A stretch of DNA of 17,260 bases from Elusimicrobiota bacterium. Its GTDB lineage: Bacteria > Elusimicrobiota > Endomicrobiia > CG1-02-37-114 > JAHJSO01. The translations under genes and the position numbers were made by a program. The notes under the pieces are model-generated. The model saw only the letters and a list, made by a program, of their open reading frames with translations. It did not search any database and was not told where the DNA came from. Location of the stretch: positions 1 to 17,260 of the forward strand of contig JBDRQF010000040.1 of NCBI GenBank assembly GCA_043826435.1, written 5' to 3'. Below, one piece after another: positions 1 to 8,432 of the stretch (its first letter is position 1; every line of letters begins with the position of its first letter).

Positions 1-1
1 T

Positions 2-190
2 TTCAGGACGTGCGACGTTACCGGTTCAACAAAGTTGCCTGCGGGCGTTGAGATGGTAATGCCCGGCGACAACATAGAAATGGATGCGGAACTGCTTACG
101 CCGATAGCGATGGAGAAACAGTTAAGGTTTGCGATAAGGGAGGGGGGACACACGGTCGGCGCCGGCGTCGTGACCGAGATAGTTGAATAA
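2..190 (+). CDS. tuf: Elongation factor Tu, C-terminal fragment (5' truncated by window)
   Basis: Manual translation [24 protein letters not shown]...[21 protein letters not shown] matches EF-Tu domain 3; lies directly before rpsJ. Confidence 0.97.
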   Translation, partial: FRTCDVTGSTKLPAGVEMVMPGDNIEMDAELLTPIAMEKQLRFAIREGGHTVGAGVVTEIVE

Positions 191-192
191 AA

Positions 193-519
193 ATGGCTAC
201 AACTACTGAAGTTCAACCACAGAAGATAAAAATACGGCTCAGGGCATACGAACACAAAATGCTGGACGATTCAATATCAAAGATTATTGAGACGGCCAAG
301 CGTACCGGCTCTACGATTTCAGGGCCTATCCTGTTGCCTACGCAAATAAAAAAATACACGGTATTAAGGTCTCCGCATGTTGACAAAAAATCAAGGGAGC
401 AGTTTGAGATGAGGATACACAAGCGGCTCCTTGAGATAATAGACCCGACCCCGAAGACGGTTGAAGAACTTATGAAACTGGAACTCCCTGCCGGGGTTGA
501 CGTGGAAATAAAATTATGA
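193..519 (+). CDS. rpsJ: 30S ribosomal protein uS10
   Basis: [29 protein letters not shown] and [10 protein letters not shown] motifs; first gene of the S10 cluster. Confidence 0.99.
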   Translation: MATTTEVQPQKIKIRLRAYEHKMLDDSISKIIETAKRTGSTISGPILLPTQIKKYTVLRSPHVDKKSREQFEMRIHKRLLEIIDPTPKTVEELMKLELPAGVDVEIKL

Positions 520-615
520 TAGGTGTAATTCTGGGGCAAAAACTTTCGTCCATGCTTGTTCCCGGTGAAAAAAAAGGATAAAGTTATGATAGGTGCGATA
601 TTAGGACAGAAGTTA
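508..615 (+). repeat. Diverged direct duplication (period 70 nt) of the rpsJ-stop/rplC-start junction
   Basis: ATAAAATTATGATAGGTGTAATTCTGGGGCAAAAACTT (508-545) vs ATAAAGTTATGATAGGTGCGATATTAGGACAGAAGTTA (578-615); both read IKL* in one frame and MIG(V/A)ILGQKL in the overlapping frame. Confidence 0.85.
516..581 (+). other. 21-aa mini-ORF resembling the uL3 N-terminus ([21 protein letters not shown])
   Basis: ATG at 516 overlaps the rpsJ stop (ATGA); TAA at 579-581; 9 of the first 10 residues match the real rplC start. Translation is unproven. Confidence 0.55.
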
Positions 616-1311
616 GGGATGACGAGGATTTTTAATAATAATAACAGGGTTGTGTCGGTTTCTCTTGTTAAGGCGGGGCCGTGTTATATAACCGGTTTAA
701 GGACCGCAGAAAAAGACGGTTATACCGCCGTCCGGTTAGGTTACGGTGAATTAAAGGAAAATAGAGTGTCAAAGCCGCTTGAAGGGTATTTCAAAAAGAA
801 CAACGTACCGCGGGCCAGGTGGATGAAAGAATTCAGGATGGATAAGTTGGACGGGGTTGTAGTCGGGCAGGCGGTAAAAACGGATATATTTGCGCCGGGC
901 GAATATGTGGACGTTTCCGGTTATACCAAAGGTAAGGGGTTTCAGGGAGTTGTAAAAAGACACAATTTTCGTGGTGGCCCGAGGACACACGGACAGTCGG
1001 ATCGGCTGCGGGCGCCTGGCGCCATCGGTGCCCAGAGGCCGCAGAGGGTTTTGAAAGGCACCAGGATGGCGGGTCATATGGGTAATGAATGGACGACCAT
1101 TATGCGTCTTGAGGTCGTTAAGGTGTTGCCCGAAAATGACATACTCGTGCTTAAGGGTTCTATCCCGGGGCCTGACGGCGGGTTTATTGTTGTTCAGAAG
1201 ACGCATAAAAAGAGAAGACAGAAAGTCATTATAGAAGCAGAGAGACACAAACCAAAGGGTAAAGGTAAAGCCCCCGGGGAATTTGAAAAACAAAAGCAAA
1301 AGAAAAAATAA
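586..1311 (+). CDS. rplC: 50S ribosomal protein uL3 with basic C-terminal extension
   Basis: ILGQKLGMT, GYTKGKGFQGVVKRHNF, GTRMAGHMG motifs. Start set at ATG 586 (AAGGA at 574-578) rather than TTG 556. Confidence 0.98.
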   Translation: MIGAILGQKLGMTRIFNNNNRVVSVSLVKAGPCYITGLRTAEKDGYTAVRLGYGELKENRVSKPLEGYFKKNNVPRARWMKEFRMDKLDGVVVGQAVKTDIFAPGEYVDVSGYTKGKGFQGVVKRHNFRGGPRTHGQSDRLRAPGAIGAQRPQRVLKGTRMAGHMGNEWTTIMRLEVVKVLPENDILVLKGSIPGPDGGFIVVQKTHKKRRQKVIIEAERHKPKGKGKAPGEFEKQKQKKK

Positions 1312-1314
1312 AAA

Positions 1315-1929
1315 ATGAATATACCGGTTTTAGATATGCAGGGAAAAAAGATAGAAGCGCTGCCTTTGCCTGAACACGTGGCTTCGCTTAAGGTTTCAGT
1401 GCCGTTGCTTCATGAAGTGGTTTCGTCTTATATGGCTAACCAGCGTAGCGGCCTTGCATCTGCAAAGACCCGCGCCGAAGTTTCAGGCGGCGGCGCAAAA
1501 CCCTGGAAGCAGAAACACACAGGCAGGGCGAGACACGGGTCAATAAGGTCTCCACTCTGGCGTAAGGGAGGCGTTGTTTTCGGCCCGAAGCCGAGGTCTT
1601 ACAGGAAAGATATCCCCAGGAAAAAGATAAGGAGCGCCATCAGGATGACGGTAAAAGAAAAGGTATCTACGGGGGATGCGTTTGTTATTAAGGAACTTAA
1701 AATGGAAGGGCATAGGACGAAAGAGTTGTTTTCGCTATTGAATAAATTAGGGATTAACGGACGGAAAACGTTGCTTGTTTTCAGTGAGCCGGTCGGCGAA
1801 AATATAAAACTCGCAGCGAGGAATTTGAATTTTGTAAAGATTACACCAGCCAACTCGCTGAATGCATACGATGTCCTGAATGCGGATAAATTAATTTTTA
1901 TCGGAGAATCCGCCATGGGGTCAATATGA
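1315..1929 (+). CDS. rplD: 50S ribosomal protein uL4
   Basis: KTRAEVSGGGAKPWKQKHTGRARHGSIRSP and GGVVFGPKPR motifs; synteny. Confidence 0.98.
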   Translation: MNIPVLDMQGKKIEALPLPEHVASLKVSVPLLHEVVSSYMANQRSGLASAKTRAEVSGGGAKPWKQKHTGRARHGSIRSPLWRKGGVVFGPKPRSYRKDIPRKKIRSAIRMTVKEKVSTGDAFVIKELKMEGHRTKELFSLLNKLGINGRKTLLVFSEPVGENIKLAARNLNFVKITPANSLNAYDVLNADKLIFIGESAMGSI

Positions 1930-2216
1930 ACCCGTATCAGATAATAAAGAAGACGGTCGTTACTGAAAAATCAACCCTCTTAAAAAATAGAGAGAAAAAA
2001 TATACTTTCCTGGTGGATAAGAGGGCGACAAAGAATCAGATTTCCAGCGCCTTCAAGGAAATATTCGGCGTGGACGTTGACCGCATTACAACCATGGTAA
2101 TGCCGGGAAAACTCAGAAGGATGGGAAGGTATTCCGGCTACCGCCCCGACGTCAAAAAAGCAATTATAAAATTAAAAGAGGGACAGGAAATAAAAACGAT
2201 AGAGGAAACTAGTTAA
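1926..2216 (+). CDS. rplW: 50S ribosomal protein uL23
   Basis: [24 protein letters not shown] motifs; synteny. Confidence 0.97.
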   Translation: MNPYQIIKKTVVTEKSTLLKNREKKYTFLVDKRATKNQISSAFKEIFGVDVDRITTMVMPGKLRRMGRYSGYRPDVKKAIIKLKEGQEIKTIEETS

Positions 2217-2217
2217 G

Positions 2218-3057
2218 ATGCCGCTTAAAAGTTACAGGCCTTACACCCCTTCAAGAAGGTTCATAACGACAGATGATTTTTCAATGATTACCAGGACGTT
2301 CCCTGAAAAGTCATTGACGCTTCCGTTAAAGAAGAAGGGCGGCAGGAACAATACCGGACGGGTAATGGTGCCTCATCGAGGTGGAGGCCACAAACGCCTT
2401 TACAGGATAATTGATTTCAAAAGGGACAAGACGGGCGTAAAAGGGAGGGTTGTTTCCGTAGAGTACGATCCGAACAGGTCGTCAAGAATCGCCCTTATTG
2501 AATACGAGGATAAAGAGAAGAGGTACATATTGCAGCCGGAAGGCCTCAAAGTCGGTGATGAAGTACTGTCAGGGCCTGACGCAGAAATAAAAACAGGTAA
2601 TGCGTTGTCCATAGCGAACATGCCGTTGGGCACCATAATTCACAACATTGAACTTCTGCCCGGCAATGGAGGCAAACTCGTGCGGTCCGCCGGTTCCTGG
2701 GCGCAACTTATGGCGAAGGAAGAGCGGTTTGCCCATGTCAGGATGCCGTCGGGCGAAATAAGGTTTATACGTCTGAACTGCATGGCGACCGTCGGGCAGG
2801 TGGGCAACGTAGAGCACGGAAACGTGACTCTGGGAAAGGCAGGCAGGAGTAGACATTCCGGTTTCAAGCCGATTGTCCGGGGTACGGCAATGAATGCCGT
2901 TGACCATCCCCACGGAGGCGGCAGGGGAAAATCCAAAGGCCATAATCATCCTGTATCTTACAGCAATATTCCCTGCAAGGGTTTTAAAACACGCAAGAAA
3001 AAGGTGTGGGACTGGATGATTGTAAGTCGCAGAAAATCAAAGGCAGGGGTAGCGTAA
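2218..3057 (+). CDS. rplB: 50S ribosomal protein uL2
   Basis: [33 protein letters not shown] motifs. Confidence 0.99.
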   Translation: MPLKSYRPYTPSRRFITTDDFSMITRTFPEKSLTLPLKKKGGRNNTGRVMVPHRGGGHKRLYRIIDFKRDKTGVKGRVVSVEYDPNRSSRIALIEYEDKEKRYILQPEGLKVGDEVLSGPDAEIKTGNALSIANMPLGTIIHNIELLPGNGGKLVRSAGSWAQLMAKEERFAHVRMPSGEIRFIRLNCMATVGQVGNVEHGNVTLGKAGRSRHSGFKPIVRGTAMNAVDHPHGGGRGKSKGHNHPVSYSNIPCKGFKTRKKKVWDWMIVSRRKSKAGVA

Positions 3058-3058
3058 A

Positions 3059-3346
3059 ATGGGAAGGTCATCAAAAAAGGGTCCATACATAGACCCGAAG
3101 CTTTATCAAAGAATACAGAGCATGAACCAGAAGAATGAGAAAAAACTGATACGCACCTGGGCGAGGAATTGCGTAATAATACCCGATTTTATAGGGCATA
3201 CCATAGGTATCCACAACGGGAAAAAATTCATACCCGTGTATATTAGCGAACAGATGGTAGGGCACCGGTTGGGGGAATTCGCGTCGACCAGGTTTTTTAA
3301 AGGTCACGGCCAGGCTCATACAAAGGAAACCAGTGAACTCACATAA
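3059..3346 (+). CDS. rpsS: 30S ribosomal protein uS19
   Basis: [29 protein letters not shown] motifs. Confidence 0.98.
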   Translation: MGRSSKKGPYIDPKLYQRIQSMNQKNEKKLIRTWARNCVIIPDFIGHTIGIHNGKKFIPVYISEQMVGHRLGEFASTRFFKGHGQAHTKETSELT

Positions 3347-3376
3347 TAGAAAGTGGACGACCTTAGGATAACCGAA

Positions 3377-3721
3377 ATGAAAGCGATAGCAAAGACAAGG
3401 TTTGCGCAGTATTCGCCGAGGAAGGTCCAGCAGGTTCTTGATTTAATCAAGGGCAAGCCGGTCGCCGAGGCCTTCAGGATTTTAAAATTTATAACCAAAA
3501 GGGCGAGGATTATCGTTGAAAAAACCCTCAATAGCGCCGTAGCGAATGCCGGCAGATTGAAAACACAGGACGGTGTTTATATAAAGGAATGTCATGTTGG
3601 ACAGGGGCCCGTCCTGAAGAGGTGGCGCTCGCGTGCCTTCGGCAGGGCTGTTGTTTACAGGCACAAGTCATGTCACCTTACCGTTATAGTAACTGACGAA
3701 AGGAAAAAGAGAGGGGTATAA
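3377..3721 (+). CDS. rplV: 50S ribosomal protein uL22
   Basis: SPRKVQQVLDLIKGK, SAVANA, GPVLKR motifs. Start set at ATG 3377 (AGGA at 3365-3368); GTG 3353 is an alternative. Confidence 0.97.
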   Translation: MKAIAKTRFAQYSPRKVQQVLDLIKGKPVAEAFRILKFITKRARIIVEKTLNSAVANAGRLKTQDGVYIKECHVGQGPVLKRWRSRAFGRAVVYRHKSCHLTVIVTDERKKRGV

Positions 3722-4488
3722 TGGGTCAGAAAGTTCCACCTAGAGCAAACCGGCTTGGATATATTGAGACCTGGACTTCAAAATGGTTCAGCCAGAGAAA
3801 TATGCCTGAATTGATAGAAGAGGATTTCAGGATAAGGGGCGTCCTCAAGGACAAACTCCGCCATGCCGCGGTCTCAAAGATAGTAATTGAGAGAGCGGGG
3901 AAGTATTTGAAAATCAGTATTTTTACTGCAAGGCCCGGCATCGTTATAGGCAGGAGAGGCCAGGAGATAGAAAAACTTCGTTCCGAGATTGAAATAATGA
4001 GCGGAAAAAAAACGTACGTAAACGTGATGGAAATAAAAGAACCGACGCTGGATGCAACGCTGGTGTCCGAAGCGGTAGCCATGCAGCTTGAGAGAAACAT
4101 AAACTACAGGCGGGCAATGAAGAAGACGATGGAACAGACAATGGGCGCCGGGGCGCTGGGTATAAAGGTGATGGTAAGCGGGCGGCTCGGAGGCGCTGAA
4201 ATAGCAAGGTCGGAATGGTTAAGAACGGGCAGGATACCCCTGCATACATTCAGAGCTGACATTGATTACGGCTTTTCGGAAGCGATAATTAAAAAGGGTA
4301 AAATAGGAGTGAAGGTCTGGATATTCAAAAAGGAGCTCTATCGCAAGACGGACAAAGACCTGCTCAAGGAAGCGGACGTGGTCAACAGGGAAGAAATTGA
4401 TGGAATGCCTATCGGGAAACCCAATGAAGAAATAATAGCGCCGGTTAAACCGGAAGAGAAAGAAGCGAAGTCAGAGGACCTCATCTGA
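3721..4488 (+). CDS. rpsC: 30S ribosomal protein uS3
   Basis: [40 protein letters not shown] motifs; acidic C-terminal tail. Confidence 0.99.
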   Translation: MGQKVPPRANRLGYIETWTSKWFSQRNMPELIEEDFRIRGVLKDKLRHAAVSKIVIERAGKYLKISIFTARPGIVIGRRGQEIEKLRSEIEIMSGKKTYVNVMEIKEPTLDATLVSEAVAMQLERNINYRRAMKKTMEQTMGAGALGIKVMVSGRLGGAEIARSEWLRTGRIPLHTFRADIDYGFSEAIIKKGKIGVKVWIFKKELYRKTDKDLLKEADVVNREEIDGMPIGKPNEEIIAPVKPEEKEAKSEDLI

Positions 4489-4898
4489 TGTTAATGCCGA
4501 AAAGAGTAAAATACAGAAAAAGCCAGCGTGGTACGATGAAGGGCACCGCATGCAGGGGAGTTGAGGTGTCATTCGGCCAGTATGGACTCCAGGCGCTTGA
4601 ATCTTCTTGGCTTACAGCCAGGCAGCTTGAAGCCGCGCGGCTTTCAATAGCGAGGTTCTTTAAGCAGGGCGGAAAGATATGGATACGAACGTTCCCGGAT
4701 AAGTCGGTAACCAAGAAGCCCGCGGAAACCCGTATGGGTAAAGGTAAAGGCGACCCCGACCACTGGGTTGCAGTGGTGAGAAAAGGCAGAATAATACTGG
4801 AGATTGAAGGACTTTCTTTGGAAGATGCAAAGGAAGCCCTGCGGCTGGCATCACACAAGTTCCCTGTCAGGACAAGGTTTGTGTCAAGGGGAGCGTAA
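4488..4898 (+). CDS. rplP: 50S ribosomal protein uL16
   Basis: [30 protein letters not shown] motifs. Confidence 0.99.
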   Translation: MLMPKRVKYRKSQRGTMKGTACRGVEVSFGQYGLQALESSWLTARQLEAARLSIARFFKQGGKIWIRTFPDKSVTKKPAETRMGKGKGDPDHWVAVVRKGRIILEIEGLSLEDAKEALRLASHKFPVRTRFVSRGA

Positions 4899-4904
4899 TT
4901 GCAT

Positions 4905-5117
4905 ATGAAAAAACAGGAATTAAAAAATATGACGGAACAGGAGCTGTCCCTTAATCTGGAGGAGAGCCAGAAGACCCTGTTCGGTTATGAAATAAGACAC
5001 AGGACGTCTCCGCTTAAAAACCCCATGGAAATAAGAACTTTAAGGAGGCATATAGCGAGGATAAAGACGATTTTCAAAGAGAGATTTAATAGAAAGGACC
5101 AGCATGGAAAAATATAA
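4905..5117 (+). CDS. rpmC: 50S ribosomal protein uL29
   Basis: [19 protein letters not shown] motif; between rplP and rpsQ. Start set at ATG 4905 (TTG 4899 is an alternative). Confidence 0.95.
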   Translation: MKKQELKNMTEQELSLNLEESQKTLFGYEIRHRTSPLKNPMEIRTLRRHIARIKTIFKERFNRKDQHGKI

Positions 5118-5421
5118 AAGAAAAACAAAAACAGGCAAGGTTATTTCCGACAGGATGGATAAAACCAGGGTGGTTGTGGTGGAGAGGTCGGTCAGGCACC
5201 CGCTCTATGAGAAGGTTTTAAGGAAAAGGAAGAAGTATTATGCGCACGACGAAAATAATGCATCTCATACCGGGGATTTCGTCATGCTTGAAGAAACGAG
5301 GCCTCTTTCCAAACTTAAAAGGTGGCGTGTTGTGAAGATAATAAGGAAGGGAAGGGTAGGTGGGGACTCCGTCCAGGTGAAAAGATACGGGGAGGCGGAT
5401 AAGACAGCGGAGGCTCTATGA
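5104..5421 (+). CDS. rpsQ: 30S ribosomal protein uS17
   Basis: [34 protein letters not shown] motifs. Confidence 0.98.
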   Translation: MEKYKRKTKTGKVISDRMDKTRVVVVERSVRHPLYEKVLRKRKKYYAHDENNASHTGDFVMLEETRPLSKLKRWRVVKIIRKGRVGGDSVQVKRYGEADKTAEAL

Positions 5422-5786
5422 TACAGGAAAGGACCATGTTGACCGTCAGTGATAATACAGGCGCCCGGAAGTTAATGTGCATAAGGGTACTGGGAGGTAC
5501 GGGCAGGCGGTATGCATTCCTCGGAGATGTGATCGTCGGGACGGTAAAATATTCAATGCCTACTGCAACCGTCAAGAAGGGGAGCGTTGTACGGGCGGTA
5601 ATAATAAGGACTGCAAAGGAGTGCAGGCGGGCTGACGGGTCGTATGTGAGATTTGATGACAATGCGTGCGTTGTAGTTGACCTGAACGGGGACCCTCAGG
5701 GCACAAGAATTTTCGGCCCGGTGGCGAGGGAACTAAGAGAAAAAAACTTTCTCAAGATTATATCGCTTGCGCCAGAGGTCATTTAA
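5418..5786 (+). CDS. rplN: 50S ribosomal protein uL14
   Basis: [41 protein letters not shown] motifs. Confidence 0.99.
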   Translation: MIQERTMLTVSDNTGARKLMCIRVLGGTGRRYAFLGDVIVGTVKYSMPTATVKKGSVVRAVIIRTAKECRRADGSYVRFDDNACVVVDLNGDPQGTRIFGPVARELREKNFLKIISLAPEVI

Positions 5787-5788
5787 TA

Positions 5789-6100
5789 ATGCTTAATATA
5801 AGAAAAAAAGACAAGGTCTTGGTATTATGCGGCAAGGACAGGGGTAAACGGGGCGAGGTCGTCCGTGTTTACCCGGGGGATAATAGCGTGGTCGTGTCAA
5901 AAGTGAACATCATAAAAAAACATTCCAAACCCACGCAGACGGATCCAGGCGGGGTTAAGGAAATAGAGACGCCTGTAAATATATCCAACGTTATGCTTGT
6001 ATGCCCCAAGTGCGACCAGCCGACTCGTCCTAAGTTTGACTTTCTTTCAGACGGTAAAAAGGTCAGGGTGTGCAGGAAATGCGGGGAGATGATAGTATAA
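5789..6100 (+). CDS. rplX: 50S ribosomal protein uL24 with two CxxC motifs
   Basis: KOW-like GKDRGKRGEV, ISNVML; CPKC and CRKC. Confidence 0.98.
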   Translation: MLNIRKKDKVLVLCGKDRGKRGEVVRVYPGDNSVVVSKVNIIKKHSKPTQTDPGGVKEIETPVNISNVMLVCPKCDQPTRPKFDFLSDGKKVRVCRKCGEMIV

Positions 6101-6101
6101 T

Positions 6102-6656
6102 ATGACTGCCAGTTATATTCCGAGGCTTAAGGAACTTTACAGAAAAAAGGTTATACCGGAAACGATGGAAATATTCGGGTACAAAAACCCTTTTGAGTCC
6201 CCGCGCCTTGAGAAAATAGTCATAAACACGGGGCTTACGGAGGCCAAGGAAAACATCAAGGTCGTGGATTTGGCTTCAGCCGAAATCGCCGCAATCACGG
6301 GCCAGAAGCCGTTGGTAACGCGTGCGAAAAAGGCAATCTCAAACTTTAAACTCAGAAAGGGTGTCCCGATAGGCCTTAAGGTCACGCTCAGGGGCGACAG
6401 GATGTATGAATTTTTGGACAGGTTTATTTCAGCCGCCATACCGAGAATAAGGGATTTCCGCGGACTTACCGCTAAGGGTTTTGATAATAAAGGGAACTAT
6501 AACTTAGGGCTTACTGAACAATATATATTTTCCGAAATAGACATTGACAAGTCGGAAAAAGCCCGGGGGATGAACATAACCTTCGTAGTGAAAGCTGATG
6601 GCGTTAAGGAATCAAAAACGCTGTTAACTCTTCTGGGCATGCCGTTTGCCAAATAG
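6102..6656 (+). CDS. rplE: 50S ribosomal protein uL5
   Basis: PRLEKIVIN, ITGQKP, NFKLRKG, PRIRDFRG, LGMPF motifs. Confidence 0.99.
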   Translation: MTASYIPRLKELYRKKVIPETMEIFGYKNPFESPRLEKIVINTGLTEAKENIKVVDLASAEIAAITGQKPLVTRAKKAISNFKLRKGVPIGLKVTLRGDRMYEFLDRFISAAIPRIRDFRGLTAKGFDNKGNYNLGLTEQYIFSEIDIDKSEKARGMNITFVVKADGVKESKTLLTLLGMPFAK

Positions 6657-6700
6657 CAGGCCAAAAATAGGCACATGGAAAGTGGTTTGGATAGTGTCGG

Positions 6701-6789
6701 CAAAAGAATACAACCAACATGGGTGTTTCATTATATATTTTGGCTGACTTAAAAAAGGGTGCGAAGGCACTAATAGGTTAACACACGCT
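6701..6789 (+). repeat. Dispersed ~90-nt intergenic repeat, copy 1 (rplE-rpsN spacer)
   Basis: About 80% identical to copy 2 by manual alignment (73 of 91 columns); shared core GAAGGC.CTAA.AGGTTAAC.CACG. Confidence 0.9.
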
Positions 6790-6803
6790 GCGGAGGTAAA
6801 TAA

Positions 6804-6989
6804 GTGGCAACCATATCTTCAATCGTCAAGATGCAAAAGACGCAAAAGTATCAGATAAGACATAGGAATATATGCCGTCTCTGCGGCAGGCCCAGGGGTT
6901 TTATCAGGGATTTCGGCCTGTGTAGAATATGTTTTAGAAAACTCGCCCACAAGGGAGAAATACCGGGCGTGGTTAAGTCCAGTTGGTGA
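6804..6989 (+). CDS. rpsN: 30S ribosomal protein uS14, short zinc-binding (type Z) form
   Basis: 61 aa; CRLCGRPR...GLCRICFR...[14 protein letters not shown] start with GGAGG upstream. Confidence 0.97.
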   Translation: MATISSIVKMQKTQKYQIRHRNICRLCGRPRGFIRDFGLCRICFRKLAHKGEIPGVVKSSW

Positions 6990-7079
6990 CAAAAGAATGA
7001 ACAACCAAATGAGTATTTTATTAATTGTTTTGATCAACTTAAAAAGCGTTGCGAAGGCACTAACAGGTTAACGCACGCT
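6990..7079 (+). repeat. Dispersed ~90-nt intergenic repeat, copy 2 (rpsN-rpsH spacer)
   Basis: Begins immediately after the rpsN stop; shares exact TTTTATTAATTGTTTTG and AGGTTAACGCACG with copy 3. Confidence 0.9.
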
Positions 7080-7104
7080 TGCGAAAGAGTTCAGGTAAAC
7101 AAAA

Positions 7105-7500
7105 ATGTCAAACTTTCCTATTGCAGACATGTTGGCGATGTTGCGTAATGCAAACAGCAAATATCTTGAAAAGATAGATATGCCCTGCTCAAAATTGCTT
7201 GAGGAGATAGTAAAAGTTTTAAAGGAAGAAGGGTATATCGCTTCCTACAAGAGGATTGACGACTACAAGCAGGGCATATTAAGGGTATATCTCAAGTACG
7301 GCCAGAACAAGGAAAGGGTCATTACTGAAATCAAATGTATTTCAAAGCCGGGTCTCAGGATATACCGCGGTTACAGTAAGATACCCAGGGTTTACGGCGG
7401 GCTCGGGGTTGCAATTGTTTCAACACCGAAAGGCATAATGACGGACATGGAGGCAAGGAAACAGAAATTGGGCGGTGAGGTCATATGTACCGTCTGGTAA
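7105..7500 (+). CDS. rpsH: 30S ribosomal protein uS8
   Basis: [39 protein letters not shown] motifs. Confidence 0.98.
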   Translation: MSNFPIADMLAMLRNANSKYLEKIDMPCSKLLEEIVKVLKEEGYIASYKRIDDYKQGILRVYLKYGQNKERVITEIKCISKPGLRIYRGYSKIPRVYGGLGVAIVSTPKGIMTDMEARKQKLGGEVICTVW

Positions 7501-7524
7501 GGATAAGGGGAATCCGTTAATCCA

Positions 7525-8106
7525 ATGAGCAGATTGGCGAAGAAGTCAATATTGATACCTGAAAAGGTAAAGGTTGTTCAGGAGGATAACGTCCTCAGGG
7601 TTGAAGGCCCCCTGGGAAAACTTTCACAGCCCATGCTGAGGACTATCCGGGTTAAGATTGAAGGGAACAATATAAATGTTCTCCGTTCAGGTGACGCCAG
7701 GAATGACCGCATGATGCAGGGCCTTGTCTGGGCGCTTACAAAGAATATGATTAACGGCGTTACCTCGGGTTTTAAAAAAGACATGGAAATAAGGGGTGTA
7801 GGTTTTAATGCCCAGGTAGTAGGAAATGAAATTGTTTTAAGGTTGGGTTTCAGCCACCCCGTGAAATATAAGATACCCGAAGGGATAAAGATTACCACGG
7901 ACCAGAAGGGTGTTTTTTTTACGGTGTCCGGGTTTGATAAACAACTTGTAGGGGAGACCGCAGCTCAGATACGCAGGAGTAAACCCCCCGAGCACTATAA
8001 GGGCACGGGGATAAGATATGTCGGAGAATATGTCATAAAGAAAGCGGGCAAGGCAGCTGTTGGCGTGGGTGGGACAGGCGGTGCGGCGGGCGGCGCAAAG
8101 AAATGA
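7525..8106 (+). CDS. rplF: 50S ribosomal protein uL6
   Basis: VEGPLGKL, LGFSHPV, DKQLVG, PPEHYKGTGIRY motifs; Gly/Ala-rich tail. Confidence 0.98.
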   Translation: MSRLAKKSILIPEKVKVVQEDNVLRVEGPLGKLSQPMLRTIRVKIEGNNINVLRSGDARNDRMMQGLVWALTKNMINGVTSGFKKDMEIRGVGFNAQVVGNEIVLRLGFSHPVKYKIPEGIKITTDQKGVFFTVSGFDKQLVGETAAQIRRSKPPEHYKGTGIRYVGEYVIKKAGKAAVGVGGTGGAAGGAKK

Positions 8107-8432
8107 AAAGGAAAATAATCAAGAGAATTTACGGGGATTCGGTACGCCACAGGTTAAGCGTTTTCAGAAGTTTGAAACACATCTATGCCCAGATAGTTGA
8201 CGACTCCACCGGCAGGACGCTTGTAAGCGTTTCCACCCTTTCAAAAGAATTGATGGATAAAAGCAGGAAGATCTCAAAGACCGAACAGGCGAAAAAGGTG
8301 GGGGAGGCGGTCGCACGGAATGCAATTGAAAAGAACATAAAAAGCGTCGTTTTTGACAGGGGCGAGAGGAAGTATCACGGCAGGTTAAAGTCACTCGCTG
8401 AAGCGGCACGGCAGGGAGGATTAAAGTTTTAA
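8103..8432 (+). CDS. rplR: 50S ribosomal protein uL18
   Basis: RLSVFRSLKHIYAQIVDD, VVFDRG, YHGR, GGLKF motifs. Confidence 0.98.
   Translation: MKRKIIKRIYGDSVRHRLSVFRSLKHIYAQIVDDSTGRTLVSVSTLSKELMDKSRKISKTEQAKKVGEAVARNAIEKNIKSVVFDRGERKYHGRLKSLAEAARQGGLKF

Noticed and set aside
2..342. Single substitutions in EF-Tu (FRTCD vs FRTTD) and uS10 (GPILLPT vs GPIPLPT)
   Set aside because: Isolated changes with no functional inference I can support without alignments.
556..585. TTG start at 556 extending rplC by MFPVKKKDKV
   Set aside because: uL3 homology begins at ATG 586, which has an SD-like AAGGA at suitable spacing.
6819..7037. Minus-strand ORF with hydrophobic start MIKTINKILIWLFILL as an antisense toxin
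   Set aside because: It runs antisense through rpsN, and its start and frame are not preserved in repeat copies 1 and 3.
6701..7079. Repeats as integron attC sites
   Set aside because: The right end is GTTAACR, not GTTRRRY; RYYYAAC at the left end is seen only in copy 3; the element is not one long palindrome; no integrase in the window.
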